From: Bacillus sp. (in: firmicutes) | GTDB lineage: Bacteria > Bacillota > Bacilli > Bacillales > Cytobacillaceae | Direction of reading: 5' to 3' | Length of the DNA: 64,000 bases | Assembly (NCBI GenBank): GCA_039832695.1 | Contig: JBDOMM010000038.1 | Span: forward strand, 265-64,264 | Shown here: piece by piece, positions 39,346-47,462 of the stretch | How positions within the stretch are numbered: position 1 is the stretch's first letter | How the letters are laid out: the number at the start of each line of letters is the position of its first letter | Program-made: the position numbers and the translations under genes | Notes under the pieces: generated by a model | Seen by the model: only the letters and a program-made list of their open reading frames with translations | Database searches by the model: none | What the model was told of the DNA's origin: nothing

Positions 39346-39936
39346 TTGATTGCATTCGCAGAAATGGTGATGGCTTTGAAACATAGAAACAGTACTTATA
39401 AAATCCTAATTATTTTGATTACTACATTAGGCGGATTACTCTTCTTAACAAAGGATAGTTATGCCAGTAACCCAACAGTAGTTGGATTTATCATTGAAGC
39501 TAGCAAATTGGAAGGAACACTACAAAATCCAGTAATGACTGTTGGTAATACTGCTGTTGAAAAAAATCGTTCCATGTTGGAATTAAAATTTGATAACCTT
39601 TCATCAGAGGACTTAGTGATCAGAAAAATAATTAAAACCTCAAAAGGTTTGGTCACTACCACTATGACTTCTAAAGAAAAAATTATTTTCCAAAATCTAA
39701 CTTTATCCGTGACCAACGCAGAATTCAGCGAACCTTTTGACCCTGAAATCGGAAACATTGGTCTAAAAAACGTAAAACTTTTAGCACATAATGTGAAAAC
39801 AGATAGCTCTCAGCTCCCCCAATTTCAACTAAGTTTTAATGAGGGTGGCCAGGTGGAGTTAGAACCAAAAAGTGAGGCGGAGCTTCTTCAAATGAAAGCA
39901 GGTTTAGAACAATTAATTTCAAATACTAATCAATAA
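39346..39936 (+). CDS. Secreted beta-rich hypothetical protein, possible distant paralogue of 38252
   Basis: Signal-peptide-like N-terminus (true start possibly TTG 39376); GFIIEASKLEG resembles GEFTVSFDKMVG. Confidence 0.65.
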   Translation: MIAFAEMVMALKHRNSTYKILIILITTLGGLLFLTKDSYASNPTVVGFIIEASKLEGTLQNPVMTVGNTAVEKNRSMLELKFDNLSSEDLVIRKIIKTSKGLVTTTMTSKEKIIFQNLTLSVTNAEFSEPFDPEIGNIGLKNVKLLAHNVKTDSSQLPQFQLSFNEGGQVELEPKSEAELLQMKAGLEQLISNTNQ

Positions 39937-39978
39937 AAAGAAGCGATGCTATAGAAAGCATCGCTTCTTCCATTTACA

Positions 39979-41151
39979 TTAATCATTAATAATTCTCATC
40001 ACACGTCCATTAAATTTTTTCTGATAGTAGCCTTGTGTCATATCGGCAATGGCAATACCTGTTGAGCTTTGTGAACCAATGAATTTTCCACCGCCAAGAT
40101 AAATTCCTACATGCCCATCTATTTTATATGTGTCAAAGAAAACCAAATCACCTGGTCGTGCCTCACTAACTGCAACCCTCGTTCCAGTATTCTTTAATAG
40201 ATCTGTATGTGCACCTACTTTTATTCCTGCTTGTGCAAACGCCCAAGCTACAAATGCAGAACAGTCGAATCTTCCCTGAGAAATATCGTACTCATTTCTC
40301 CCCCCTCCAAAAACATAAACAGAATTGCCAATATACTTTTCTCCTGCATGGATAACCATGTTTATTGCTTCATTGGATGTCGTGGGGATGGCTAAATTTA
40401 AACTATATGTATGCGCTTCTAAAGGACTGTTTACCTCTACAGTAAGAGCAGTATCTTTCTGAAGTAATTCAGCCTTCTCTAATAATTTTTCTTGCTCTCT
40501 CTGTTTTAACTCTTCTTTTAAAGCATCATTCTGTTGTTTTTGTTCTAAGATTTGCGACTGCATTCCTTCGAGTTCTATTTTTAGATTTTTTAAATCACCT
40601 AGTTTTTTCTCTACCAACTCTTGTTTCTTTTCAAGATCTGCTTGATCATCTTTATGTTGTTGTATTAGATCCTGGTCGGCCTCTACGATGGTGGCAACAG
40701 CACCTAAGCGGTCAACAAAATCACGAAAGCTAGAGGACCCTAGTAGAACATCAAAATAACTAACATTTCTTCCGCTCACCTGTAATGCCAAGGCTCTCTT
40801 TTTTAATACCTCATTTCTTTTGGCCACTCTTTCCTTTACGAGCGTAACCTCCTGTTGCAACATTTCCACTTCCAACTGAGTGGATTTTACTTTTTCTTCA
40901 GTTTCGGTAATCATATTACTATTATCCTTAATCGCTTGTTCGACCCTATTAATTTGCTCTGTAATTTTTTCCAATTCATTTTGAACTTGTAAAAGTTCCA
41001 CATTATTTTTGGAAATCTCCGTTTGAACATTCGAACGTTGCTCCTGAATTGGGGTTATTTCCTCTGCCTTAGTTTTTTGTGTTGGAAAGATGCATATGGT
41101 TCCAAGCCCAACTATTATCGCCGCACTGACTACTGCAACCTTTTTAATCAA
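39979..41151 (-). CDS. Coiled-coil NlpC/P60 (C40) peptidoglycan endopeptidase, CwlO-like
   Basis: Signal peptide, long heptad coiled coil, YVFGG..FDCS and GHVGIYLG; WalR-like box TGAAAT-N5-TGTAAT at 41316-41300. Confidence 0.88.
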   Translation of the reverse strand: MIKKVAVVSAAIIVGLGTICIFPTQKTKAEEITPIQEQRSNVQTEISKNNVELLQVQNELEKITEQINRVEQAIKDNSNMITETEEKVKSTQLEVEMLQQEVTLVKERVAKRNEVLKKRALALQVSGRNVSYFDVLLGSSSFRDFVDRLGAVATIVEADQDLIQQHKDDQADLEKKQELVEKKLGDLKNLKIELEGMQSQILEQKQQNDALKEELKQREQEKLLEKAELLQKDTALTVEVNSPLEAHTYSLNLAIPTTSNEAINMVIHAGEKYIGNSVYVFGGGRNEYDISQGRFDCSAFVAWAFAQAGIKVGAHTDLLKNTGTRVAVSEARPGDLVFFDTYKIDGHVGIYLGGGKFIGSQSSTGIAIADMTQGYYQKKFNGRVMRIIND

Positions 41152-41470
41152 TGGTTCCCCCTGCCTCTTTTTAAGGACTTTTTACTCATCTGGCAAATGG
41201 ATTTATATAAGAAAATATTTACAAAATTTTACCAATATCATCCTATTTCATCCTAGTTAGAAGTATATCACCAAATATTGTCAGATTAGTTATGAATTTA
41301 TTACATTTGTATTTCATTGGTAATTTTTACGAATATATTTCGAACAAAGTACAAAGATGAAATAAAAAAACCACAATCTTAACTATTTAATAGTGATTGT
41401 GGTTCTAGCTTCTGTATAGAATTTTTATGAGTATCAATGTTGTTTATAGCTCCTTAATTTCTATTCTAAA

Positions 41471-42070
41471 TCACGGCGTTTTAACGAGTTCTTTAATACT
41501 GTTTTTTCCCCGCTCGACAAGATTTAAATGAGTATTCCTTGCAAGTTTAATATACTCTTTTCTTACCTCGAACCATGCGTGTCTTCGTTCGCGGGCAAAT
41601 GCAATGCTAGATTCGGCATTTTTTTCAAAGTTATCTTCCAAACGATCAACCATATGGAAAATAGATTTAATTGGAGTTAATGCCAATTTTTCTAACTGCC
41701 CTGATACTTCTTTTAACTGATTCTTAAGTTCTTGACGGTCATTAGAGAAAATTTCTTCATCCTTCGGTTCATCCTTAGCAGCATTAAATTGATGCATTAA
41801 TTCGGATACCATTTCTTTGTTTGTTTTCTTGGACTGACTATACAATTTTGCAATTGAAGTTCTATATTGCTTATTAAACTTAATAACCTCTTTTAATGCA
41901 TTAATATATGCGTCCTCACGATTTTCTCTAAGCTGTTGTGCACGCTCACGTGACAATTCAAACTGATCCCAAAATGTGTTAACAAATGATCCTGCTTTCA
42001 TCGATTCCTCTACTATTGGAGTTGCTTTTTCATCAACAGCTGGGACCTTTTCAATTTTCTTCTGCACCAT
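41471..42070 (-). CDS. Phasin-like granule protein (PhaP-like)
   Basis: All-helical, Cys-free; FVNTFWDQF resembles the Bacillus PhaP N-terminus; overlaps the phaQ end. Confidence 0.6.
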   Translation of the reverse strand: MVQKKIEKVPAVDEKATPIVEESMKAGSFVNTFWDQFELSRERAQQLRENREDAYINALKEVIKFNKQYRTSIAKLYSQSKKTNKEMVSELMHQFNAAKDEPKDEEIFSNDRQELKNQLKEVSGQLEKLALTPIKSIFHMVDRLEDNFEKNAESSIAFARERRHAWFEVRKEYIKLARNTHLNLVERGKNSIKELVKTP

Positions 42071-42491
42071 CGTCCTTCCTCCTCCTTTTTCCATTGTTTT
42101 CTTTCTCTATGGGATCCTTCTTTTGAAATGAAGGAATATAGAGCTCAAGGAAACTGGTATACATCTTAAAGAATTGATCTAAGAGGGATTGGTACGTTTC
42201 TAGTTGGTTCGCATAGCCTTTTAAATATGTAACACCAGCTTTTGTAATAGAGTATCTTCTTTTTGCGGGACCACTCCCTGTTGTATCCCATTCTGATGAA
42301 ACAAGCTCGTCTTTTTCTAGTTGCCTAAGTAATCTGTATAAATTCCCTTGGTCAAGTGTTTTGAACCCGAATGTCTCCAATCTTTGGCTAAGTTCATAAC
42401 CATGGAGTGAAACTTTACTAAGAAGCAATAAAATAAATGGCAGCACAAAATTTTTTGATGGATTAACAGCTGGATTGTCTTGGTTCACCAT
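42051..42491 (-). CDS. phaQ: PadR-family PHB-responsive repressor
   Basis: LHGYEL.Q.L..FGF..LDQGNLYRLLRQLEKD.L.SS.WDT...GPA.R.Y matches recalled PhaQ. Confidence 0.85.
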   Translation of the reverse strand: MVNQDNPAVNPSKNFVLPFILLLLSKVSLHGYELSQRLETFGFKTLDQGNLYRLLRQLEKDELVSSEWDTTGSGPAKRRYSITKAGVTYLKGYANQLETYQSLLDQFFKMYTSFLELYIPSFQKKDPIEKENNGKRRRKDDGAEEN

Positions 42492-42639
42492 ATCTTTATC
42501 ACCTCACCTATATGTATTTTACACCTATAAGTAATATTTTGTCAATACAGTAAATAAATATGAATAAATGCCAAATTAAAAGGTTTACAATATACTAAAA
42601 TTGGTTATAAACTAAATAAAAATGAAAAGGTGGTGTAAA

Positions 42640-43422
42640 ATGGAAAAATCTAAATGGAGCAAAATGGGAATCCCATACTTACATTTTGGAAGTGGAGAAC
42701 CATTGGTACTTATCCATGGGTTAGGTGAAGTGAAAGAAGGATGGAAAAATCAATTCGAATTAGCTGATCAATTTGAGTTAATTATTCCCGATTTGAGAGG
42801 TCATGGTGAGTGTTCAAAAATAGATGGTATTACGATTCACAACTTTGCTTCTGACATTATTGGACTATTAAAAGAGTTAGAAATTGAAAACGCTCACATA
42901 CTCGGTTACTCTATGGGTGGAGCCGTTGCACAAGAAATTTACCGCCAAGTCCCCAACCTCTGCCGTTCTCTCTTGTTGGTTAGCACCTTTCACTATTTCC
43001 CAAAAAAGCTAAAAAGACTATTATATAACAATCGAAAGGCTAAGTTTGAAGCTGTTACAGCTGCTGGTAAACAAACCGATTTTATTTCAAAAATGGCTCT
43101 ATACTCATGGAATAAAGAAACGAAAGAAATATTTAGCCACTCATTTCACCCAAAACATCACATATTTCTACAATCCTTGAACACATGTCTGGATGTAAAT
43201 AATTTGTCCTTACTGCCAAAAATAAACATTCCAACGTTAATCATAGGTGGCCAGTACGACTCTGTATTACCTGTTTGGATTCAAGCATGCATGCACAAGT
43301 TAATTCTGCCTTCCGAATTTATTATCATGAGAAATACTGGGCATATTGCCAAGTTAGAAGCCAAAGACAGATTTAACTACTTGCTCCGCAAGTTCCTAAT
43401 TCAGCAAAAGTCAGTTGCATAA
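42640..43422 (+). CDS. Alpha/beta hydrolase, candidate intracellular PHA depolymerase/esterase
   Basis: HGLG oxyanion motif, DLRGHG, GYSMGG nucleophile, YD and TGH triad residues. Confidence 0.75.
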   Translation: MEKSKWSKMGIPYLHFGSGEPLVLIHGLGEVKEGWKNQFELADQFELIIPDLRGHGECSKIDGITIHNFASDIIGLLKELEIENAHILGYSMGGAVAQEIYRQVPNLCRSLLLVSTFHYFPKKLKRLLYNNRKAKFEAVTAAGKQTDFISKMALYSWNKETKEIFSHSFHPKHHIFLQSLNTCLDVNNLSLLPKINIPTLIIGGQYDSVLPVWIQACMHKLILPSEFIIMRNTGHIAKLEAKDRFNYLLRKFLIQQKSVA

Positions 43423-43461
43423 AAAACGGGAAGGGTAATGTCCTTCCCGTTTTTTATGCAT

Positions 43462-44520
43462 TTAGTGTGAATGAGATGAAAGCCATTGGTCAGCAAATTT
43501 GGCAAACATTCCTGTTAAAGCAAGGGAAACATGTCCGCCTTCAAATACCTGATATGTTTTATCTTCACTTGATATCATATTCATAATTGGCACACTTTGC
43601 TGTTCTAATACTAGAGTATCTCTAGATGTCGAAAAAACAAAAGTCGGGCACTCAATATTTTTTAAATCTACTTTTCTGCCACCGATTTCTAATTCACCTT
43701 TTAGTAGTTTATTATCTTTGTAGAAATCATTAAATAACTGTTTAAAGGCTGCACCTGCAAACGAAGCTGTATCCTTTGTCCATTTATCCATCCTGCGCCA
43801 TTTTTCTACATACTCAGGATCGTGGGCCCGGGTTATTAGGTTAACCCAAGGACTGATATAAACGGGCGAAAGCCCTCTAAACATGAGGTACATATATTCC
43901 GATGGAATTACCCCATACACATCAGAAAACCGGTTAAAGTCCATCGCACCCTTTTGTAATCCTTTTAACCACTTATGTGGAACAATCCCAACACTAAAAT
44001 CAATCGGAACGGTTGCAAGAACTAGATTTCTGATTGGTAGTTTCGTAATAGAGGTAAAAATGGCTGAAATGGTTCCTCCTAGGCAATAACCAACCATCGA
44101 AATACCCTTTGCTCCTGAATGTCTAAGTGCCCGTTTTACAGCATTTTCTAAGTAATCAATGATATAATTATCAAGGGTTATATCACGATCTTCATATCCT
44201 GGTGAACCCCAGTCTAAAAAATAAACATCATAGCCTCGCCCTGTTAAACCACCCACAACACTGCTACCCTCACCAATGTCTAAAATATATGATTTATTAA
44301 GCAGTGAATAGACTAAGAATATAGGAATTTCATATCTTTTATCTTTAGCAGGATGATAATATAAGGTGGATTTATTCTTTTTCCAAATTATTTCTCTTGG
44401 TGTTGGAGTAATATCTGGTTTAGGCTCTGTAAGAACCTTATATACTTGATTCCATCTTGCAGTTTCTTTTTCTATATCAAGCTGGGGAATAAAATTAGGA
44501 CCCAGTGCTTTTATACTCAT
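43462..44520 (-). CDS. phaC: Class III/IV-type PHA synthase catalytic subunit
   Basis: TPREIIW, YSLLNKSYILD, LDWG, GYCLGG catalytic Cys, RD and GGH triad. Confidence 0.88.
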   Translation of the reverse strand: MSIKALGPNFIPQLDIEKETARWNQVYKVLTEPKPDITPTPREIIWKKNKSTLYYHPAKDKRYEIPIFLVYSLLNKSYILDIGEGSSVVGGLTGRGYDVYFLDWGSPGYEDRDITLDNYIIDYLENAVKRALRHSGAKGISMVGYCLGGTISAIFTSITKLPIRNLVLATVPIDFSVGIVPHKWLKGLQKGAMDFNRFSDVYGVIPSEYMYLMFRGLSPVYISPWVNLITRAHDPEYVEKWRRMDKWTKDTASFAGAAFKQLFNDFYKDNKLLKGELEIGGRKVDLKNIECPTFVFSTSRDTLVLEQQSVPIMNMISSEDKTYQVFEGGHVSLALTGMFAKFADQWLSSHSH

Positions 44521-44541
44521 CCTCATTCTCACCTTTCACAT

Positions 44542-45018
44542 TTATTTAGATGCGCCGGCACCTGTGAGCACTAGCTCTTTTTCTTTTTCTTTTCCCTTTC
44601 CTTTCGCGAGAATACTTTTTATTGATGCAAGCTCTGCTTTAATGTCTTTTAATTGTGACAACTCTTGATTAACAGCTTTAAGAACTTCCAAGTACTCATT
44701 ATTAAGTGAACTCATGCTATCCTGTAAATTCCAGATTTGTTCCTCTAATTTATCTATTTTCTCCTCCGATTGAATAGAAATCTTCGCTACATCTGCCACA
44801 TCTTTTTTTGTCGGTATATTCATTAAGCCAGCCATTAGCTCATGGTTTTTTCTTAATAACTCCATATAACGAGCATGGCTCTCGGTACCGGTTTTCAGGA
44901 GGCGGACAAACTCATTGTTGTCCGTCATCATATACAAAAGACCATTTAATTGCCTCTCCCACATTTCACTAATCCGCTTAACCCCCACAAATGGGTCATA
45001 TGTTTTATCTTTAGTCAT
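44542..45018 (-). CDS. phaR: Class IV PHA synthase accessory subunit
   Basis: YDPF..., NIPTKKDVADVA..I..EEKIDKLEE motif of Bacillus PhaR; directly upstream of phaC. Confidence 0.8.
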   Translation of the reverse strand: MTKDKTYDPFVGVKRISEMWERQLNGLLYMMTDNNEFVRLLKTGTESHARYMELLRKNHELMAGLMNIPTKKDVADVAKISIQSEEKIDKLEEQIWNLQDSMSSLNNEYLEVLKAVNQELSQLKDIKAELASIKSILAKGKGKEKEKELVLTGAGASK

Positions 45019-45038
45019 CTTGCATCTCCCCTTTAAAT

Positions 45039-45686
45039 CTATGATTGAAGTTCTTCGGTTTTTTCTAAATATTTATTAATTGGGAACATAACCGTTTTTA
45101 TTTGTCTCGCAAAAAGGTTGACAAAGCCCCTCTGGCTTTCATAAATTAAATTCCCAGCTTGTTTAACAGTATGAATATATTGCACCCTGCCTTTTTTCCT
45201 CAATGAGATGTATTGGTCGATCATTTCTATATATTTATCCATTGTTAAATAGCTATGAACCGTATGACACGGTGCACTAAGAATTGAGATTGTTTTCTTT
45301 TGGATTTTATCAATCTGAGCATTTATTTCCTCATAAGATCGAACCGGAGAAAAATGTTGAAGACTAGTCGTAGACATTAGGAATTCCTCTCGTGCCATTC
45401 TCTCCCATTCAGCAAATTCTTTATTAAATTTTTCTGTTATCTCCTTCACGTTTCCCTGATTTCTTTTTATACTCTCAGCGAATAACTTTGCTTCTTTTAA
45501 AAATACTTCATCGCGAAAATCAGCTCGTTTCGCCCATTCATCTAGTTCTCCAAAAGCATGCCGCCAAAGTATATCCAAACTAGAAAGCTGTTCTAGTTCG
45601 TCATGTTCTTCATGTATTTCTTCCTTCTGTTCCGTATTCTCATTGGTATCCTGTGATTCTGTTTCTTTATTTGGCAAATTAATCAC
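45039..45686 (-). CDS. Helical hypothetical protein, second phasin-like candidate
   Basis: Acidic N-terminus, SLDILW motif, amphipathic helices; upstream of phaR on the same strand. Confidence 0.55.
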   Translation of the reverse strand: MINLPNKETESQDTNENTEQKEEIHEEHDELEQLSSLDILWRHAFGELDEWAKRADFRDEVFLKEAKLFAESIKRNQGNVKEITEKFNKEFAEWERMAREEFLMSTTSLQHFSPVRSYEEINAQIDKIQKKTISILSAPCHTVHSYLTMDKYIEMIDQYISLRKKGRVQYIHTVKQAGNLIYESQRGFVNLFARQIKTVMFPINKYLEKTEELQS

Positions 45687-45788
45687 GTCCTATATTATTA
45701 ATTTTAAATTTTTGAATTTTGAATTTTTCTAAGATGGATTATATATAGAAAACTTTGAAGTAGTTCATGTGGGAGTTTGAGATTGTGG

Positions 45789-47420
45789 TTAAACATGTAG
45801 TTGTTCTTCATCTTTACGTAACATCCGTCTCAATAATTTACCTACGGATGATTTTGGCAGTTCATCAAGAATTTCGATCTCTTTTGGAACCTTATAGGGT
45901 GCTAAGTTAACCTTAGCAAATTCAATTAGTATTTCAGGCGTTACAAGAATGCCAGTCTTTAACTTAACAAAAGCCTTAACCGTTTCCCCTCTGTAACTGT
46001 CTGGTGCACCAATAACAATGGCTTCCTCAACTGCCTCGTGCTGGTAGAGCACTTCTTCGATTTCACGTGGATACACATTATAGCCGCTGGCAATGATAAT
46101 ATCTTTCTTACGATCCAAAATGTAAAAATACCCATCCTCATCCATTTTCGCAATGTCTCCAGTGAAGAGCCAACCATCTCTTAAGACCATTTCCGTATCA
46201 CCAGGCCGTTTCCAGTAGCCCTTCATTACCTGCGGTCCACGTAGGATTAATTCGCCCGCTTCCCCAATTGGGACATCTTCAATACCATGGGCAGTTTGTG
46301 TTACAATTCTAGCTTCAGTTCCTGGCAAAGGAATACCAACGCTTCCTAATTTTCTTGGTAAGAATGGTGGTGTAGAGATTGCCGATGGTGCCGTTTCTGA
46401 TAATCCATACCCGTCTGCCAATCTTACTCCAACTCTTTTCTCAAAGGACCTTACCTGCTCGACCGGAAGAGGTGCTCCTCCGCTGCTTAAATAATAGATA
46501 TCTCCTAAGTTGCTTGCCTCTAAATCAGGGTGACTATTAAAAGCGAAAATCATTGTTGGGACTGCTGTCAGTTGAAATGGTTTTTCCCTTTTAACCAGTT
46601 CTAATACTTCATTCACATCAAACCTAGGTAAAATCAGCTGATTACAGCCAATCCTAATGGCAGAAAGTGCATTACAAGAAAGTCCATACACGTGGAACAT
46701 CGGAAGTACACTCACAATTTTAAAATTTTCAGGCTTCTCTTCCACCGCATTGTAGGTAAAGTCACATACTTGAATAATATTTGCTAACAAGTTGTGATGG
46801 GTAAGCATAACCCCTTTAGATACTCCAGTTGTCCCACCGGTGTATTGTAAAATAGCGACATCCTCAGCTATATCAATCGGAATTTCAGGAATGACATTAT
46901 CATGTGTAAGAAAATCCTCAAAGTAAACATCCCCATCAGCAAGTTGAATTCTATTAGCACCAAAACCAACAACAATAATCCTCTTTAAAGAAGTCTTTGG
47001 TTGAACCCTCTTTACTCTAGAATAGAAATCTTCAAATACAACCATATACTCTGCCTCAGAATCATTTAACACATATTCTATTTCTCTTTCCACGTACATC
47101 GGATTGACTTGAACAGAAATAACACCTAGCCTAAACCCTGCAAAAAGACTAAATATATAATGAGGGCAGTTTGGCAGCATAATGGCGAGACGTTCTCCCT
47201 TTTTTAAACCAATCCGATATAAAGAGGCAGCAAACCATTCAGAGATCATTTTGGTTTCCTTATAGCTCCAAGATCTTCCATAAAAGGTAAGGGCCGGCCT
47301 TTCATTGTGAATATTGGCTGCCTGCTTTAAAAGATCAAATAATGAATCGTACTCAATCGAAACCGTTTCACTAATCCTTGGGTCGTAAAATTTTAACCAT
47401 GGTTTTTTTTGATATTCCAT
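45789..47420 (-). CDS. Long-chain-fatty-acid--CoA ligase (FadD/LcfA family)
   Basis: LQYTGGTTGVSKG, GYGLSE, GPQVMKGYW, FTGD, DRKKD, GKLLRR. Confidence 0.92.
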   Translation of the reverse strand: MEYQKKPWLKFYDPRISETVSIEYDSLFDLLKQAANIHNERPALTFYGRSWSYKETKMISEWFAASLYRIGLKKGERLAIMLPNCPHYIFSLFAGFRLGVISVQVNPMYVEREIEYVLNDSEAEYMVVFEDFYSRVKRVQPKTSLKRIIVVGFGANRIQLADGDVYFEDFLTHDNVIPEIPIDIAEDVAILQYTGGTTGVSKGVMLTHHNLLANIIQVCDFTYNAVEEKPENFKIVSVLPMFHVYGLSCNALSAIRIGCNQLILPRFDVNEVLELVKREKPFQLTAVPTMIFAFNSHPDLEASNLGDIYYLSSGGAPLPVEQVRSFEKRVGVRLADGYGLSETAPSAISTPPFLPRKLGSVGIPLPGTEARIVTQTAHGIEDVPIGEAGELILRGPQVMKGYWKRPGDTEMVLRDGWLFTGDIAKMDEDGYFYILDRKKDIIIASGYNVYPREIEEVLYQHEAVEEAIVIGAPDSYRGETVKAFVKLKTGILVTPEILIEFAKVNLAPYKVPKEIEILDELPKSSVGKLLRRMLRKDEEQLHV

Positions 47421-47462
47421 CTTATTCCCCTCCTCATTATTCTTTCAGCTTTGAAGAAAGCG

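Noticed and set aside
45700-45735. Short AATTTTTG tandem between the ligase and the phasin-like gene
   Set aside because: Only about 3 copies in very AT-rich DNA; could be chance or part of a promoter
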